In this document: piece by piece, positions 39,702-49,806 of the stretch | Layout: the number at the start of each line of letters is the position of its first letter | How positions within the stretch are numbered: position 1 is the first letter of the stretch | Notes under the pieces: model-generated | The model's database searches: none | What the model was told of the DNA's origin: nothing | Seen by the model: only the letters and a program-made list of their open reading frames with translations | Assembly: GCA_963724845.1 (NCBI GenBank) | Contig: CAVRWF010000001.1 | Span: forward strand, 843,720 to 907,719 | Length of the DNA: 64,000 nt | Direction: 5' to 3' | Source: an uncultured Alphaproteobacteria bacterium | Lineage (GTDB): Bacteria; Pseudomonadota; Alphaproteobacteria; Rhizobiales; Beijerinckiaceae | Translations under genes and position numbers: made by a program

Positions 39702-40675
39702 AACGGGGCCCTTTCGGCTCCGCGTTAGTTTCCGCGGACAGACTTCAATACTTTCGGCTGGCTATATGTCGTTGCAGATTCGAAAGGCCAGCGTCGCATA
39801 TGATTAAAAAACAACTTGGCTCTGTGCCTGAGCCGTGCGTTGCCTTGACTCAGCTGTATTGAGCCCCAGACATCTTTCGCGCAGGTGCGACCTTTGGAAC
39901 AGCTACCGGTCGAATCGCCAGCTAATAGTTGCACCTACGAGGGCGTCGTCATCGGTTCTCGAAAGCTCGCAAACTGGGATGGTGCTCCGGCCGCCGGCGT
40001 GAGGGCTTCACCCGCGGCCAATTGGCTTCACGCTCCAACCGACCACGCGAAACGCCAGCGCAGATTCAGACCTCCGTGCGCGCGGTTCTCCAGAGATATT
40101 AGAGTCATCGGCGACACCGCGACTATAGATGCGCGGATAGGAAAGCCTACGCTGGGAATCGCGCCGGCGAAACAGCAAGACCGTCATGCAGCCGCAACAA
40201 TCAGCTTGCGCCTTAGGGACGACATGGCGCTATAGGCGCTCCGCGAAGATTGGCGAGCGAGCCGTCGTCGAATTCGGGCGTTTGAAATCCCTGGTGGGTT
40301 GCCTGACGGCTATGGAGTCTCGCCCTGACGCGTCTGCCGCCGTCTCGATGAAAGTAGCGGATTGCTTTGCGAAGGCTCTGTCATTTCCCCGATCGTTTTT
40401 GCGATCAACTAAGTAGCATTCCGCAATTTCAAGAAATGTCGCCGCCTATTAAGAGAAGGCTAGAATGCGTGTGGCCACATGCTGCTGCATTACGGGAGTA
40501 GCCCTCACAACGAGCAATTTGGAGCGTCACCTCATGCGCAATATCTTTTCCAAAACTTTCCAATGCGCTCGCCTTGGAATTTCGACGCAATCCTGTGGCC
40601 ATGAACTGGCACAGGAATTGATTGTGCGCTCAAGGCATATTTGTCGTAAAAAATATTGATGGCGGAGGGAAGCGC

Positions 40676-40915
40676 ATGATGAAGTTCGACTTCATGGTGC
40701 AGACGCGCGATATGGAGATCAATACGGTGGCACGGTCGGTCGCAGTGCCGGAGTCGATCGCGCTATGGCCTATGATTGCTAGGCTCGCAAATGGGCTTGA
40801 TGAGCCTGGAAGCCTGATTCTGGTGGCGAACGAAGCAGGAGAAGTGGTGATCCGCATTGGTATGGAAAGCGCCCGCCGTTTGACCTTTTCGGGATCCCAA
40901 GCAGCCGCTTCGTGA
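40676..40915 (+). CDS. Hypothetical small protein (possibly DUF6894-like)
   Basis: 79-aa ORF from ATG 40676 with SD GGAGGGAAG. Only a loose resemblance to the small DUF6894 family, so the family call is low confidence. Confidence 0.35.
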   Translation: MMKFDFMVQTRDMEINTVARSVAVPESIALWPMIARLANGLDEPGSLILVANEAGEVVIRIGMESARRLTFSGSQAAAS

Positions 40916-41140
40916 CGCATTCGTCTATAAGTGTTGGATCAAGTCGATAGCTTGGATTTTTGGAAATGCTTTGTGATTTGCCAATTATTTGAGGTCGTCG
41001 AGGCAATTACGCGAAAGGGGCGCCGATTTTCTCCTAGGTGGAATCTCGATCCGCTCTATTTCGAACCTGAAATTCCAGAGGTTTTTCGAACGGCCACCGC
41101 CCGCTGGTCTGTCAGGCGTCATTCGACAATGGCTTAATTA

Positions 41141-41174
41141 AAAAAAGGGCCGCCAGTAACGGCGACCCTTTTTG
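41141..41174 (-). terminator. Rho-independent terminator downstream of cspA (A-tract / GC stem / T-tract, potentially bidirectional)
   Basis: The sequence aaaaaagggccgccagtaacggcgaccctttttg has a GGGCCGCC / GGCGACCC stem with one mismatch, flanked by A and T runs, 39 nt past the cspA stop. Confidence 0.6.
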
Positions 41175-41212
41175 AGAGCGTGGGTGGCGGCGAACCGTCA
41201 GCCCATGTCGCC

Positions 41213-41422
41213 TCAGATTTCCTTAAGCTGATCAGCCGAAGACTTGCCCGTCCGGCGGTCTTGAGCGATCTCGTAGCTCACCTTCTGGCCTTCGCGCAGA
41301 TCGCGCAGGCCAGCGCGCTCCACCGCGCTGATATGAACAAAAATATCCGCGCCGCCGTCATCGGGCTGGATGAAGCCAAAGCCCTTTTGACCATTAAACC
41401 ATTTTACAGTTCCGGTAGCCAT
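41213..41422 (-). CDS. cspA: Cold-shock protein, CspA family
   Basis: [30 protein letters not shown] carries the RNP1 (KGFGFI) and RNP2 (IFVH) motifs. Confidence 0.9.
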   Translation of the reverse strand: MATGTVKWFNGQKGFGFIQPDDGGADIFVHISAVERAGLRDLREGQKVSYEIAQDRRTGKSSADQLKEI

Positions 41423-41812
41423 GTCATCTCTCCAAACATGTTTTAGGAGAAGGCCCGCATTCGCGGGGCCGGTTCGATCGAAGTTTGGAAGAGGTCGTCA
41501 GCGGCTTCGTTACCAAAGCAAGTCCAAGTCGTCAGGCCGAAAATCGATGCCCGAAGCATAATGGCCCTCAAAACCGATTGCAACCGAGAGCGTCAGGCTC
41601 AAACGCAAACTGGCCGCGTACCAGACCCTTGGCGGCATTTTTGTCGCTCAGTTTTTGGCCATCGCTCGGAACGCAGTCATCTCAAAAGGACGGCGAATTG
41701 CATGATTCCGTTAGGGTGCGGGCGCCAAGTTCACTGGTCCTCGCCTCATATTGATGGACATGTTGCCATTTGGCATGGATTTGATTATTTTATGCCGAAG
41801 AAGAGGTGTTTC

Positions 41813-42229
41813 ATGGCCGCGCTGCTTCCCGTCGACACAGCTGCAGGAGACTTTTCCCCCGCGCCAATCACCGACATCGAAGCCGCCGCCATGTTTCGGG
41901 CTGTCACCAACCTTTTCCGTCTTTGGTCGGTAAACGATGAGCAGGCGGCGATTTTGCTGGACTTGCCTGTTCGCTCCTATCGACGATGGAAGGCGGGGGA
42001 GATCGGTCGCTTTGATCGTGACCGTAAAGCGCGTCTTTCAAATGTCTTGGGCATCCATAAGGCATTGAGAATTATCTTTCGCGAACCTCAGCGAGGCTAT
42101 GCCTGGATGCAGGCGCCCAATTCTGCTTTCGGGGGGCGGACCGCTCTTCACGTCATGCTCGGCGGAGAGCTAACTGATTTAATGCGGGTTCGTCGATATT
42201 TGGACAGCGAACGGGGGGCTGGTGAATGA
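41813..42229 (+). CDS. Xre/MbcA/ParS-type antitoxin (C-terminal DUF2384-like domain)
   Basis: WSVNDEQAAILLDLPVRSYRRWKAG (HTH-like) and GGRTALHVMLGGELTDLMRVRRYLD (DUF2384-like). It overlaps the RES gene by 8 nt. Start is 41813 or 41792. Confidence 0.75.
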   Translation: MAALLPVDTAAGDFSPAPITDIEAAAMFRAVTNLFRLWSVNDEQAAILLDLPVRSYRRWKAGEIGRFDRDRKARLSNVLGIHKALRIIFREPQRGYAWMQAPNSAFGGRTALHVMLGGELTDLMRVRRYLDSERGAGE

Positions 42230-42935
42230 ACCCGTCTGTCCGCCAGTCGAATCAGTTAATTGGCGAAACGCGGTCGGGATCATTCGCAGTGTCTTTCCGC
42301 TGCTCGACTTATTTGAGGATATAGCGGACCCCGCCGACTGGGCGCTCCTCATTTCTGCGGAGCAGAAGACCAATCCCAGGCTTATGGAGTTGATCGGCAA
42401 CCTGGACCTGGTGCCAGCAAATCGCCGGTTGAGTGGTCCGGGCGCCAGTTTCCTGATGGCGCCTTTCGCGCACACGAGCGTCGATCGACCGAGCCGGTTT
42501 AGCGACGGTTCCTTCGGCGTGCTTTATGTTGGCAGTTCCTTCGAAGTCGCTCTTTTCGAAACCATCCATCACCATGAACAGTTTATGGCGCGCACTAAAG
42601 AAACGGCTGGATGGACGTCGGAGTTCCGGGAAATTGTCGTCAACGTGGAGGCGCGACTGCATGATCTGAGAGGGCTGGAGCCACAATTTCTGTCCTTGCT
42701 GGATCCGGTTAATTATAAGGAAAGCCAAGTGTTTGGCGCTCGACTGCGACGCGCGAATTCGGACGGCATTGTATATGCGAGCCGACGTTACGAAGGTGAA
42801 GAATGCGCGGGGCTGTTTTATCCAGATTGCGCGGGCAGTCCGATCCAGGGACGACATCTCCAGTACCATTGGAACGGAGCGCGAATAGATTTTTTTCGGG
42901 TTCCTGGCGGCGGTCAGGTCTATAAAATCGTTTAA
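42222..42935 (+). CDS. RES-domain toxin (NAD+-targeting RES family)
   Basis: Has the R...E...S context: RPSRFSDGSFGVLYVGSSFEVALFE and a later YASRRYEG. GTG start overlapping the antitoxin stop. Confidence 0.8.
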   Translation: MNEPVCPPVESVNWRNAVGIIRSVFPLLDLFEDIADPADWALLISAEQKTNPRLMELIGNLDLVPANRRLSGPGASFLMAPFAHTSVDRPSRFSDGSFGVLYVGSSFEVALFETIHHHEQFMARTKETAGWTSEFREIVVNVEARLHDLRGLEPQFLSLLDPVNYKESQVFGARLRRANSDGIVYASRRYEGEECAGLFYPDCAGSPIQGRHLQYHWNGARIDFFRVPGGGQVYKIV

Positions 42936-43030
42936 AGGTGAGATGGCCGATGCGTCGCGGGCCGGTTAGCGCGGAAGACAGCACTTCTCCTCGTCCGTCG
43001 CGCGAACCCGGGCATGGCCCCATAGGCAAG

Positions 43031-43061
43031 GCGGCCCGCCGTTTTTTTTTCGGCGGGCCGC
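43031..43061. terminator. Perfect 11-bp GC-rich hairpin with a T9 loop between convergent genes (possible terminator)
   Basis: The sequence is gcggcccgccg-ttttttttt-cggcgggccgc, read directly. It lies between the RES stop (42935) and the beta-helix paralog B stop (43103). There is no canonical U-tail after the stem. Confidence 0.4.
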
Positions 43062-43102
43062 TTGTCAAAATAACCGATTTTTAAGACATGCCACTGGCGA
43101 TT

Positions 43103-44236
43103 TTATCCCCCCCTGTGGTGCCTTCCAGACGGGGGTGGGCTGCTCGGCGGCGACTGGGTCGGCGGCGTTGATGCTTGCATTGCTCCCGCTGCGGGCGGCG
43201 TTGGGATCGCTTTACTGGAACTGCTCGTCGTTCCGGTGGCGTTGCAAGTGGCTCCGCTAAACACGTTAATCGGTGGCGCACTTTTTACAACAAGATTGTT
43301 GTTGCTGAAGGTGTCGACACTGTAACACCACGGACCCCAACCGAAATTGCGCAGATCATTTCCCTGCACGGAGGCTGTTCCAGAAACTTCCATCGCCATG
43401 TTTGCAGTGGCGCCGCCGCTCTGCGTGGTTCCATCGGCATAATTAGCGCTGATCAGGGTACCCGTGCCGCCGTCCGGGACAATTGAATACGCTTCACTGT
43501 TGCCGTCGGCTACTAGTGCGTTGTTCCAATTCGTCCAGTAGTTTCCACTCACCTTCAGGTTCCGCGTCTCGCCGGTAATTGGAGGATCGTTACCCTGTAT
43601 CTCGATCGCCATGCGCTGCGTGCCGCCAGCCCCGACGTTATTGGAGACGACGACATTGTTGCCCTGGTTTGTCAGCGGTACGCCAGCAGCGCCGAAGACG
43701 AGGCTTATGTCTTGAAAATTGTTCTCAAAGAGGTTGTTCGAAAAGGTGACATTGTTGGCGTACCAGCCTCCGAGCGCGGCCGAGCCGTTGCCGATATTCT
43801 CGAACGTGTTGTAAGTGATCTGAGAGTTTTGCAGCCACGAATAAAGAATTGGCGCACTGTTAAAAATGCAGTTTGTGATCACAATATTTGATGTGTCGCC
43901 GTTCGTGTTTCCCGCGATGGAGATCGCTCCAGTATAGGCAACAGCGGCGGGTAGGCTAAACGCGAGATTGCTTATGGTGATGCCGGTCGCTGGACCATTG
44001 ATAGCCCAGAGCTGGCTCACACCCGCGCCACCATTGATGAATGTAACGATCTGGTTGTTCTGCAAAGTCGAGGTATAGAGGATCTGACCTTTCAGCGTAA
44101 TTGTCGCGTTTTGGGCGATGGTGAAATTACCAGCGTTGAACGAGATCGTGTCGCCGGCTTGCGCATTGGCGATGGCTTGCACGATCGCCGGCGTATCGTC
44201 TCCGCAATTGCACGGTGGGATTGCATGTACTGTCAC
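43103..44236 (-). CDS. Right-handed parallel beta-helix repeat protein, paralog B
   Basis: Homologous to 15366-16550 (GITISNLAF, NIVITNCIF, SQITYNTF, VTFSNNLF, QDISLVFG). Start chosen at GTG 44236 with SD AAGGAG 5 nt upstream, giving (M)TVHAIPPCNCGDD. Pro/Ser-rich C-terminal tail. Confidence 0.65.
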   Translation of the reverse strand: MTVHAIPPCNCGDDTPAIVQAIANAQAGDTISFNAGNFTIAQNATITLKGQILYTSTLQNNQIVTFINGGAGVSQLWAINGPATGITISNLAFSLPAAVAYTGAISIAGNTNGDTSNIVITNCIFNSAPILYSWLQNSQITYNTFENIGNGSAALGGWYANNVTFSNNLFENNFQDISLVFGAAGVPLTNQGNNVVVSNNVGAGGTQRMAIEIQGNDPPITGETRNLKVSGNYWTNWNNALVADGNSEAYSIVPDGGTGTLISANYADGTTQSGGATANMAMEVSGTASVQGNDLRNFGWGPWCYSVDTFSNNNLVVKSAPPINVFSGATCNATGTTSSSSKAIPTPPAAGAMQASTPPTQSPPSSPPPSGRHHRGG

Positions 44237-44586
44237 AGAAACTCCTTGGGTTTCGGAGCCCCCCATCTGCGGTAACTCGCAGCGCCCCCTGCGCTCACTA
44301 TGGTTACGATCAGGTTTAAACATCGGAATTTTAATGACCATTTCGTGGCGCCGCTTTAGTATTAGCGTTGACGATTTGAGCTAGTTTTGGGTTTCGCTGA
44401 AAACGATTTGTACTGCATGCGGCAGCAATCAAATCGCGTCGCGAACCCTTTTGCCTCGGAGCGCCCTGCGGGACGCCAATGACGCCGCGGGCGCAGCCGG
44501 GCGATCGGGAAGGAGCTGCAGCTGAACTTACAGCGGCAGGACTCTATTAAAGAACTGCCTATTGCAATTCACTGGAGAGCTTCCAT

Positions 44587-45042
44587 ATGCCATCCATATG
44601 GATGGTGGATGGAGGTCGCGACTTGCCCGAATCAATACCTCGACCGCGCGATAGGTTTGGTGAAACCGAGAAAATCACGATCAATGTCGGTTTCGTGGAT
44701 CTGGGCCATATCGATTTGCTGGTTCGTGAGGGCTTTTATTCCAATCGCACCGACTTCATCAGGACTGCGATCCGCAACCAGCTCGCGGTTCACGCCGATG
44801 CCATCAAGCAGTCGATCGTGAGACGCACTCTCGAACTCGGCCTGAGGCGCGTTAGCCGCGAAGAGTTGGAGTCGGTGAGAGAGGCCGGCGGCAAGCTGCG
44901 CATTCAGGTCGTCGGGCTCGCAACAATCGACGAAGACGTCACTCCCGAACTTGCGCTTGCAACCATTGAGTCAATCACCGTGCTTGGCGCTCTTCAAGCC
45001 AGCAAAGCAGTCAAGGCGGCGCTCTCCGAGCGTATCGGCTGA
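44587..45042 (+). CDS. Ribbon-helix-helix (CopG-like) family protein
   Basis: EKITINVGFVDLGHIDLLVREGFYSNRTDFIRTAIRNQL is an RHH-like N-terminal domain. This protein type is commonly found next to PHB-depolymerase-like esterases in Hyphomicrobiales (from memory). Confidence 0.55.
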   Translation: MPSIWMVDGGRDLPESIPRPRDRFGETEKITINVGFVDLGHIDLLVREGFYSNRTDFIRTAIRNQLAVHADAIKQSIVRRTLELGLRRVSREELESVREAGGKLRIQVVGLATIDEDVTPELALATIESITVLGALQASKAVKAALSERIG

Positions 45043-45079
45043 TCGACCCGAACATCGTTTTCCCATGAGGACACAAGAA

Positions 45080-46330
45080 ATGAATACGTTCATCAGCGCC
45101 GCCATGCGTGAAGCAACAAGGCTTACCCGGGCTCGAAACGTCCTAGAGGCGACCAGGGTAATCCAACGCGCATTACGGAGAGGAGAGCGCGACTTATCAC
45201 CTTCGACGCCGGAGCGCCTCCCAAACGCCGAACATTCCGATCGCGCAAATACCGCGGAAGCGTTTGAGCCAATTGGGTCGGGCGCAGGAACTGCGAACTC
45301 TCGCTTCGAGCAGGCTACCGCCGAACAGCAAACTTCGCAGCGGATAAGAAAGCCATTGGGAGAAGTCCTGACGCTATTGCGCCAGGTGAACATGTCGGGT
45401 TTGAATCAGCCTGCGCCACTCGCGAGAACGCATAAACCGCCATTGGTGCTGGTTCCGTGCGGGGCGGCTTATGTCAAACGAACTTTCACCTGCGAGGCGG
45501 GTTCCAGAGAATACAAGATTTATATTCCCAGCAGCGCGGCAGGCAAAACGCTGCCTTTGCTTATGATGTTGCATGGTTGCACTCAGGATCCCGACGACTT
45601 CGCGGTGGGTACTCGCATGAACCGGCTCGCCGAAGAGCATGGTCTCATCGTCGCCTATCCGAGGCAACCGATGCACGCCAATCAATCAGCCTGTTGGAAT
45701 TGGTTCAATATAAGCGATCAGATGCGCGACGCGGGCGAACCCAGCATTATCGCAGGAATAACGCGTGCAATAATGGGGGAGTTCAAGGTCGATCCCGAGC
45801 GGGTTTATGTTGCAGGCCTCTCGGCGGGGGGCGCTATGGCTGCGATCATGAGCGTCACATATCCCGATCTTTTCGCCGCGACGGGCGTTCACTCGGGACT
45901 TGCTTACGGAGCCGCCAACGACCTGGTTTCGGCGTTTGCCGCCATGCGCGGTGGGCCAAGATCATCTGCGCCGAAATCGAAGAACAACCTTCGCAACAGG
46001 ACAAATAGCCGCGTTCGCATGATTGTTTTTCATGGCAAAGCAGATCAAACAGTCCATCCTTCAAACGGCGAAATGATCCACGCCGAAGCTCGCGCCCAAT
46101 TCGCCAATTCAGTCCAGGAGGCGCGTCATGACAGCTCCGTCGGAGGGCGCAGATATACGCGCCGCCTGATCGCCGACGCCAATGGCGTTTCCCAGGCCGA
46201 ACACTGGGCGATTGAAGGATTGGGACACGCGTGGTCTGGAGGAAGCTCAGAGGGTTCCTACACAGATCAGAATGGGCCTGATGCGTCACGCGAAATGGTG
46301 CGCTTCTTTCTCCAAAGGCCTCCTTTTTGA
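45080..46330 (+). CDS. PHB/PHA-depolymerase-family esterase (alpha/beta hydrolase)
   Basis: Contains LPLLMMLHGCTQDPDDFA, CWNWF and the nucleophile elbow VAGLSAGGAMA, as in the esterase/PHB depolymerase family. Start at ATG 45080 (SD GAGGA). Confidence 0.75.
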   Translation: MNTFISAAMREATRLTRARNVLEATRVIQRALRRGERDLSPSTPERLPNAEHSDRANTAEAFEPIGSGAGTANSRFEQATAEQQTSQRIRKPLGEVLTLLRQVNMSGLNQPAPLARTHKPPLVLVPCGAAYVKRTFTCEAGSREYKIYIPSSAAGKTLPLLMMLHGCTQDPDDFAVGTRMNRLAEEHGLIVAYPRQPMHANQSACWNWFNISDQMRDAGEPSIIAGITRAIMGEFKVDPERVYVAGLSAGGAMAAIMSVTYPDLFAATGVHSGLAYGAANDLVSAFAAMRGGPRSSAPKSKNNLRNRTNSRVRMIVFHGKADQTVHPSNGEMIHAEARAQFANSVQEARHDSSVGGRRYTRRLIADANGVSQAEHWAIEGLGHAWSGGSSEGSYTDQNGPDASREMVRFFLQRPPF

Positions 46331-46515
46331 ATCTCGCAAGCAGCTAAGTTTGCACGACAGGTAGGGCGTGTTCGGAGGCTCGCCGTCCAACCTGGCACAG
46401 CCAGAGCAAGTGGGGTCTGTAACAACTGGAATTCGCCCCCGCTCGTTGTTTGTTCAGGTCGACATTCAACACCACATCACGAAAAGGGGCGGAAATCACG
46501 CTTGGGAGATCCTTA

Positions 46516-47043
46516 ATGCCTCAACAGCCGCAGAACCAAATTCCGCCATTCATCCACGAGAATATCGACGCTATCATTGAGGCGGAGCAAGAAGCACACC
46601 GCTCGCGATCGTTCAGCGAAATAGTGTACGAATTGGTTGGCGGCTTCATCGGCACCTTAAGCTTTGTTGTGATCCAGGTGTTCGGCATCGTGCTCTGGGT
46701 GATTATCAACCTCGGCCTTACACCGCTGATTGCAGCATTCGATCCTTTCCCGTTCCCCGTCTTGAGCCTGATCCTTACGTTGGAGGCCGTGCTCGTCGCC
46801 GCATTCGTGCTGATGAAACAAAATCGTATGAGCAAGCTGGCGGACCGGCGGGCTCATCTTGATCTTCAGATCAACTTGATGACTGAACGGGAGACAACCA
46901 AAATAATCGGCATGTTGTTGCAAATCGGCGAGCGACTCGACATTCAGCACAAGGTGCTCGACGAAGAAAGCCAGCAACTTAGCCGGCTGCTTACCATCGA
47001 GTCCCTAATGGAGACGATGCAAAACAAGTTTCCGGACCAATGA
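46516..47043 (+). CDS. DUF1003 membrane protein
   Basis: Two TM spans followed by FDPFPFPVLSLILTLEAVLVAAFVLMKQNR...DLQINLMTE, the DUF1003 pattern. Confidence 0.7.
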   Translation: MPQQPQNQIPPFIHENIDAIIEAEQEAHRSRSFSEIVYELVGGFIGTLSFVVIQVFGIVLWVIINLGLTPLIAAFDPFPFPVLSLILTLEAVLVAAFVLMKQNRMSKLADRRAHLDLQINLMTERETTKIIGMLLQIGERLDIQHKVLDEESQQLSRLLTIESLMETMQNKFPDQ

Positions 47044-47105
47044 CAAGCGGACACAGGCGCGTCGCCCAGGTCGCAACCGCGCCGGCGACGGCGAACTCAA
47101 GGTTA

Positions 47106-47900
47106 TCAGATGTCTAGGTCGCGATAAACGGACACTTCCCGCTCGCGGGCGGTGCGTGCGTCGTCACCCGCCTTAACGCCGCGCCATACGTCAAACATCA
47201 GGACAAGCGTCGAGAATAGTCCCGAAACTTTGCCAATAATGAAGCCCAACGGAAATATCACTTTTTCAGGTGGTATGACGAATTGCGAACCGAGAAATAT
47301 CGAGATCGCGTTGAAGAAATACGCGGGCCTGTATAGTGACGTCTCCTTCCATGCGCTCCGGGCGTAGGGCCGAGAGCTTTTTTTCACAGCGCGGTTATAT
47401 TTTGGATTGGGAAACATTCCCCAGAAGCGGCGCTTTGGGGGCAACGCATTCGGGCCTGCGACAAGAGCCTGAAAGTTTTCCAGCACCTGCAGATGAGCAG
47501 TCGCCGCCAGAATAACGTTGACTGCAAAAAACACCAGCTTCAATTGTGGCAATGAAACGTACAATTGCGCTGCAAGATCGACGAATGCAAGTTGAGTGAT
47601 TGCGTTGAGCACGAATGAAGAGCGGTGGAACGCGCCCCGGTTCATGCTCTCGACTTTTTCATCTATAAACGCCGCACCGGCTTTTGTGTTGCCGAGCTCA
47701 AGCAGAAATTGACGCTGCTTTTCGTCGAGCTTCCATTTCTTGCCAATTTCTTCGATGGTTTCAGGCGGCGTTCCCCGCTTGATCTTGAACGTAACCTCGC
47801 CGAGCAATGTCGACAGTCTCGCTAGGAAGCTCCGCCCCATGGCGTAGCGCGACGTCAAGGAACTTAGAAAATGTTCAGGCTCTGCCCCCATCCTGCGCAC
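47106..47900 (-). CDS. Hypothetical membrane protein (orphan; no family recognised)
   Basis: 264-aa ORF with several hydrophobic spans. The region looks AT-richer than its surroundings by eye. Confidence 0.45.
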   Translation of the reverse strand: MRRMGAEPEHFLSSLTSRYAMGRSFLARLSTLLGEVTFKIKRGTPPETIEEIGKKWKLDEKQRQFLLELGNTKAGAAFIDEKVESMNRGAFHRSSFVLNAITQLAFVDLAAQLYVSLPQLKLVFFAVNVILAATAHLQVLENFQALVAGPNALPPKRRFWGMFPNPKYNRAVKKSSRPYARSAWKETSLYRPAYFFNAISIFLGSQFVIPPEKVIFPLGFIIGKVSGLFSTLVLMFDVWRGVKAGDDARTAREREVSVYRDLDI

Positions 47901-48003
47901 TCCGATCGGATCCGCAAATTACGTTCGATTCCACATCCGTGATTAATAACTGGTGGAGGCAGGGATGAAAAGTTACCCAGAGAGCGCCCTTTTTGCTACG
48001 AAC

Positions 48004-49626
48004 TTAACCGTGCAGGCCGGGAGCCTCATGGCCTGTGCGCGCCACATATTCCGTATAACCCCCGCCGTAATTGTGAATGCCCTCGGGCGTTAGTTCCAGC
48101 ACTCGATTAGAAAGCGCAGCAAGGAAACGTCGATCGTGTGAAACAAACAGCATGGCGCCTTCATATTGCGAAAGCGCGGTGATGAGCATTTCCTTCGTGC
48201 TCATGTCCAGATGGTTCGTCGGTTCGTCCAGCACAAGAAAATTTGGTGGGTCGTATAACATCTTAGCCATGACCAACCGAGCCTTTTCCCCGCCCGAGAG
48301 CACGCGACATTTCTTCTCCACTTCGTCGCCCGAAAATCCAAAGCTGCCGGCCAGCGCGCGCAGAGACCCCTGTCCTGCCTGCGGAAACCAGTCTTCCAGT
48401 GATTGGAACACGGTGCGTTCGCCGTCCAGCAATTCCATCGCGTGTTGCGCGAAGTAGCCCATCTTCACGGTGCCGCCAAGCGCGACCGTGCCGATGTCTG
48501 GCTGCGTCGAACCAGCAACCAGCTTTAGCAGCGTGGACTTGCCAGCGCCATTGACACCCATCACGCACCAGCGCTCATTACGACGGATCTGAAAGTTTAG
48601 CGCCTCGTATATGTTTCGCGTCCCATAGCTTTTGTGCAGGTTGCTCAGAGTTACGACATCTTCACCGGAGCGAGGCGCCGGCCGGAACTCGAATAACACG
48701 GTCTGGCGACGCTTGGGCGGCTCCACCCGGTCGATCTTTTCCAGCTTCTTCACTCGACTCTGCACCTGCGCGGCGTGGGAGGCGCGCGCCTTGAAGCGTT
48801 CGATGAATTTGATTTCCTTGGCGAGCATCGCCTGCTGACGCTCGAATTGGGCCTGTTGCTGCTTCTCATTTTGCGCGCGCTGCTGCTCGTAAAACTCATA
48901 GTCGCCCGAATACGTCGTCAGCGCGCCTCCGTCGATCTCCACCACTTTGCCGACAATGCGATTCATGAACTCACGGTCGTGTGACGTCATGAGCAGTGCG
49001 CCTTCATAGCCCTTAAGGAACTCTTCCAGCCAGATCAGGCTTTCCAGGTCCAGGTGGTTGCTTGGCTCGTCCAACAGCATTGCGTCGGGGCGCATGAGCA
49101 GGATGCGGGCGAGCGCTACGCGCATCTTCCAGCCGCCCGACAAGGCGCTTACGTCGCCGTCCATCATTTCCTGGCTGAAGTTCAAGCCGGCCAGTACTTC
49201 GCGCGCGCGACCCTCGAGAGCGTAGCCGTCCAGTTCCTCGAAGCGACCCTGCACCTCGCCATAGCGTTCTACGATTTCTTCGAGGTCTTCCGCTCGCTCG
49301 GGGTCCGCCATGGCGGCCTCCAACGCCTTTAGCTCAGTCGCCACGGCGCTCACCGGCCCGGCGCCGTCCATCACCTCGGACACAGCGCTGCGGCCCAGCA
49401 TCTCCCCTACATCCTGGCTGAAGTAGCCGATGGTGACGCCTCGGTCGACGGCCACCTGGCCCTCGTCGGGAAGCTCCTGTCCTGTAATCATCCGAAAAAG
49501 CGTCGTCTTGCCGGCTCCATTGGGACCGACGAGGCCGACCTTTTCTCCTCTCAGGAGGGCTGCGGAAGCCTCGATGAAGAGGATCTGGTGACCATTCTGT
49601 TTGCTGATGTTTTCGAGACGAATCAT
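48004..49626 (-). CDS. ABC-F family ATPase (two ABC domains, no TMD)
   Basis: Two Walker A motifs (GPNGAGKTT, GVNGAGKST), two LSGG signatures and a Q/E/K-rich inter-domain linker. Start at ATG 49626 (MIRLENISK). Confidence 0.85.
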   Translation of the reverse strand: MIRLENISKQNGHQILFIEASAALLRGEKVGLVGPNGAGKTTLFRMITGQELPDEGQVAVDRGVTIGYFSQDVGEMLGRSAVSEVMDGAGPVSAVATELKALEAAMADPERAEDLEEIVERYGEVQGRFEELDGYALEGRAREVLAGLNFSQEMMDGDVSALSGGWKMRVALARILLMRPDAMLLDEPSNHLDLESLIWLEEFLKGYEGALLMTSHDREFMNRIVGKVVEIDGGALTTYSGDYEFYEQQRAQNEKQQQAQFERQQAMLAKEIKFIERFKARASHAAQVQSRVKKLEKIDRVEPPKRRQTVLFEFRPAPRSGEDVVTLSNLHKSYGTRNIYEALNFQIRRNERWCVMGVNGAGKSTLLKLVAGSTQPDIGTVALGGTVKMGYFAQHAMELLDGERTVFQSLEDWFPQAGQGSLRALAGSFGFSGDEVEKKCRVLSGGEKARLVMAKMLYDPPNFLVLDEPTNHLDMSTKEMLITALSQYEGAMLFVSHDRRFLAALSNRVLELTPEGIHNYGGGYTEYVARTGHEAPGLHG

Positions 49627-49806
49627 GTGCGCGTGGGACCTGGAGAGAGATTGAGGCGTCCTTATGCCACGTGTCGCAGCGAGGAAGGAGTGTCCTGAAG
49701 CGACCATCGCCGCTTTTTGCGCGCAAATAGGGGGAAATGGGTTTTGCGTTGCGAAGAACTCGACATTCGAGGCATTCGCTCTAACTCGTCAGTGCAGGGC
49801 AATGAA

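Noticed and set aside
39885-40235. 116-aa ORF in the long intergenic region
   Set aside because: It has no SD, an Ala/Arg/Pro-rich composition and no recognisable domain. It is kept only as part of the unexplained-region finding.
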